Source: a virus (lineage: Duplodnaviria; Heunggongvirae; Uroviricota; Caudoviricetes). From it: a stretch of DNA of 44,531 bases. Both the position numbers and the translations under genes were made by a program. Below are positions 43,579-44,531 of this stretch, in pieces. Within the stretch, counting starts at the first letter, position 1; the number at the start of each line of letters is the position of its first letter. Below the pieces are notes generated by a model. The model worked only from the letters and a program-made list of their open reading frames with translations, was not told where the DNA came from and searched no databases. The DNA lies in IMG/VR virus record IMGVR_UViG_3300017613_001587. One strand, 5' to 3'.

Positions 43579-43895
43579 TGACTAAGAAATCTAAAGTATA
43601 CCTAGAGTTATATTATGGTAGACTGTCTATGGACAGTGAGCCTATGGAAACAGACGGCTCAATATTAATTGGCCCATTTGACTGTTTCATAACTACATAT
43701 GTGTTCACCATACGTATGTTGTATAAAAATAATAGTTATACCATACCTATGCAAGAGGACATGATAGTAGTAGATAATATATACTATAGTGATTGGGCTA
43801 TCTGTGCAGGGCTGCCTGACTGGTATGCCAAGAGCCCTATACCAACCTATAACTTCCCAGAAGCTATTAAGAAGGGATTCATACAGGAGTTCTAA
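43578..43895 (+). CDS. hypothetical protein
   Basis: TAATG coupling. Confidence 0.65.
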   Translation: MTKKSKVYLELYYGRLSMDSEPMETDGSILIGPFDCFITTYVFTIRMLYKNNSYTIPMQEDMIVVDNIYYSDWAICAGLPDWYAKSPIPTYNFPEAIKKGFIQEF

Positions 43896-44321
43896 ATGGA
43901 AATAGGACCTCACAAATTAATATGGCAAAGATGGCCTGCCATTATAACACTGTTCGCTATAGGCTGCTTCGGAGCCTGGTTACTCTATGCTATCAACAGA
44001 CCAGATTGGGTTAAAATGGAGAACGCTGATACATATCTATCCTTTTGGATATGGGGCTTGTGTATTCTATTCACTGGCTTTGGATTTATAGGCAGTACTG
44101 TACATTATTGTACTGGCCTAACGTTTCAGCGCATAATTAAGGTTCCTTTGGAGGACGTGGAGATTCTACCTCTAGATAATGGTATGGTGGTTGGCTACAG
44201 GGACGATGCTAAAATTATAAGATACCATGCAGCTAGAGTTAAGGAGCGTGGTTATATTAAAATAAAAGAAGAATTCAACCGTCATAAAGTACGACAAAAC
44301 TGGAGTTTCATGGATTTATAA
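43896..44321 (+). CDS. membrane protein (two TM helices)
   Basis: Two hydrophobic segments. Confidence 0.7.
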   Translation: MEIGPHKLIWQRWPAIITLFAIGCFGAWLLYAINRPDWVKMENADTYLSFWIWGLCILFTGFGFIGSTVHYCTGLTFQRIIKVPLEDVEILPLDNGMVVGYRDDAKIIRYHAARVKERGYIKIKEEFNRHKVRQNWSFMDL

Positions 44322-44322
44322 T

Positions 44323-44531
44323 ATGCCAAGCCCAATCATACATACTGCTGTTGGATCTCTGGTCTTTCTCATGGCTGGTGATCTTAATATAAATAGATTA
44401 TATATGGTAGCAGGTGTAACAGCCTTATCTATCCTACCTGATTTTGACTTACTTACACCACTTGGTCATAGATCATTCACTCATAGTCTAGTCTTCTGTA
44501 TAGGAGCTGGTCTATTAATAGGTAGGTTTAC
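44323..44531 (+). CDS. YdjM-like membrane metal-dependent hydrolase, 3'-truncated (not in ORF track)
   Basis: MPSPIIHTAVG…LPDFD…GHRSFTHSL signature. Confidence 0.8.
   Translation, partial: MPSPIIHTAVGSLVFLMAGDLNINRLYMVAGVTALSILPDFDLLTPLGHRSFTHSLVFCIGAGLLIGRF

Noticed and set aside
1-44531. Minus-strand and nested alternative-frame ORFs in the six-frame track (e.g. 847..1665, 10150..10689, 24124..24762, 28242..28979)
   Set aside because: They lie antisense to or inside well-supported plus-strand genes or tRNAs, lack recognisable motifs and have no convincing SD.
1-44531. Stop-codon reassignment suggested by the ATA-anticodon tRNA
   Set aside because: Long conserved genes are intact under code 11, and TAA, TAG and TGA all terminate genes next to the following SD/start.
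1-44531. CRISPR array, integrase/att site, transposase, rRNA
   Set aside because: No regularly spaced repeat-spacer units and no recognisable recombinase or rRNA sequence; the 12-bp motif occurs only as isolated pairs.

Overview
The window looks like a 44.5-kb, almost entirely plus-strand segment of a large bacteriophage genome. The host is probably Gram-negative (OmpA-domain lipoprotein, lytic transglycosylase, sigma70-like factor, class II CCA enzyme, RuvB). I saw no structural genes, integrase or CRISPR array. There are four main components. (1) An expanded phiEco32-type peptide/amide-ligase cluster across 8-40 kb: three COOH.NH2 ligases, one amidoligase, two ATP-grasp ligases, two class I and two class II glutamine amidotransferases, a gamma-glutamylcyclotransferase and a GNAT. 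A three-member paralog family of unknown function lies just upstream. (2) A 1140-aa single-chain RNA polymerase in which minimal beta and beta-prime cores are fused, followed by SSB, a RAMA-like protein and an SF2 helicase, with a sigma70-like factor 15 kb away. (3) RNA-handling genes: CCA-adding enzyme, a second nucleotidyltransferase, an apparently inactivated Rnl1-like ligase, a metallophosphoesterase and tRNAs. (4) A ~2.2-kb ORF-poor, highly base-paired region after the CCA gene. It contains a 344-nt tRNA-shaped RNA whose anticodon loop is replaced by a ~250-nt pseudoknotted insert (tmRNA-like layout without Ala identity; the junction also fits a bulge-helix-bulge motif). All family assignments are by-eye motif recognition and all RNA pairings were read by eye. 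No searches or folding programs were run.
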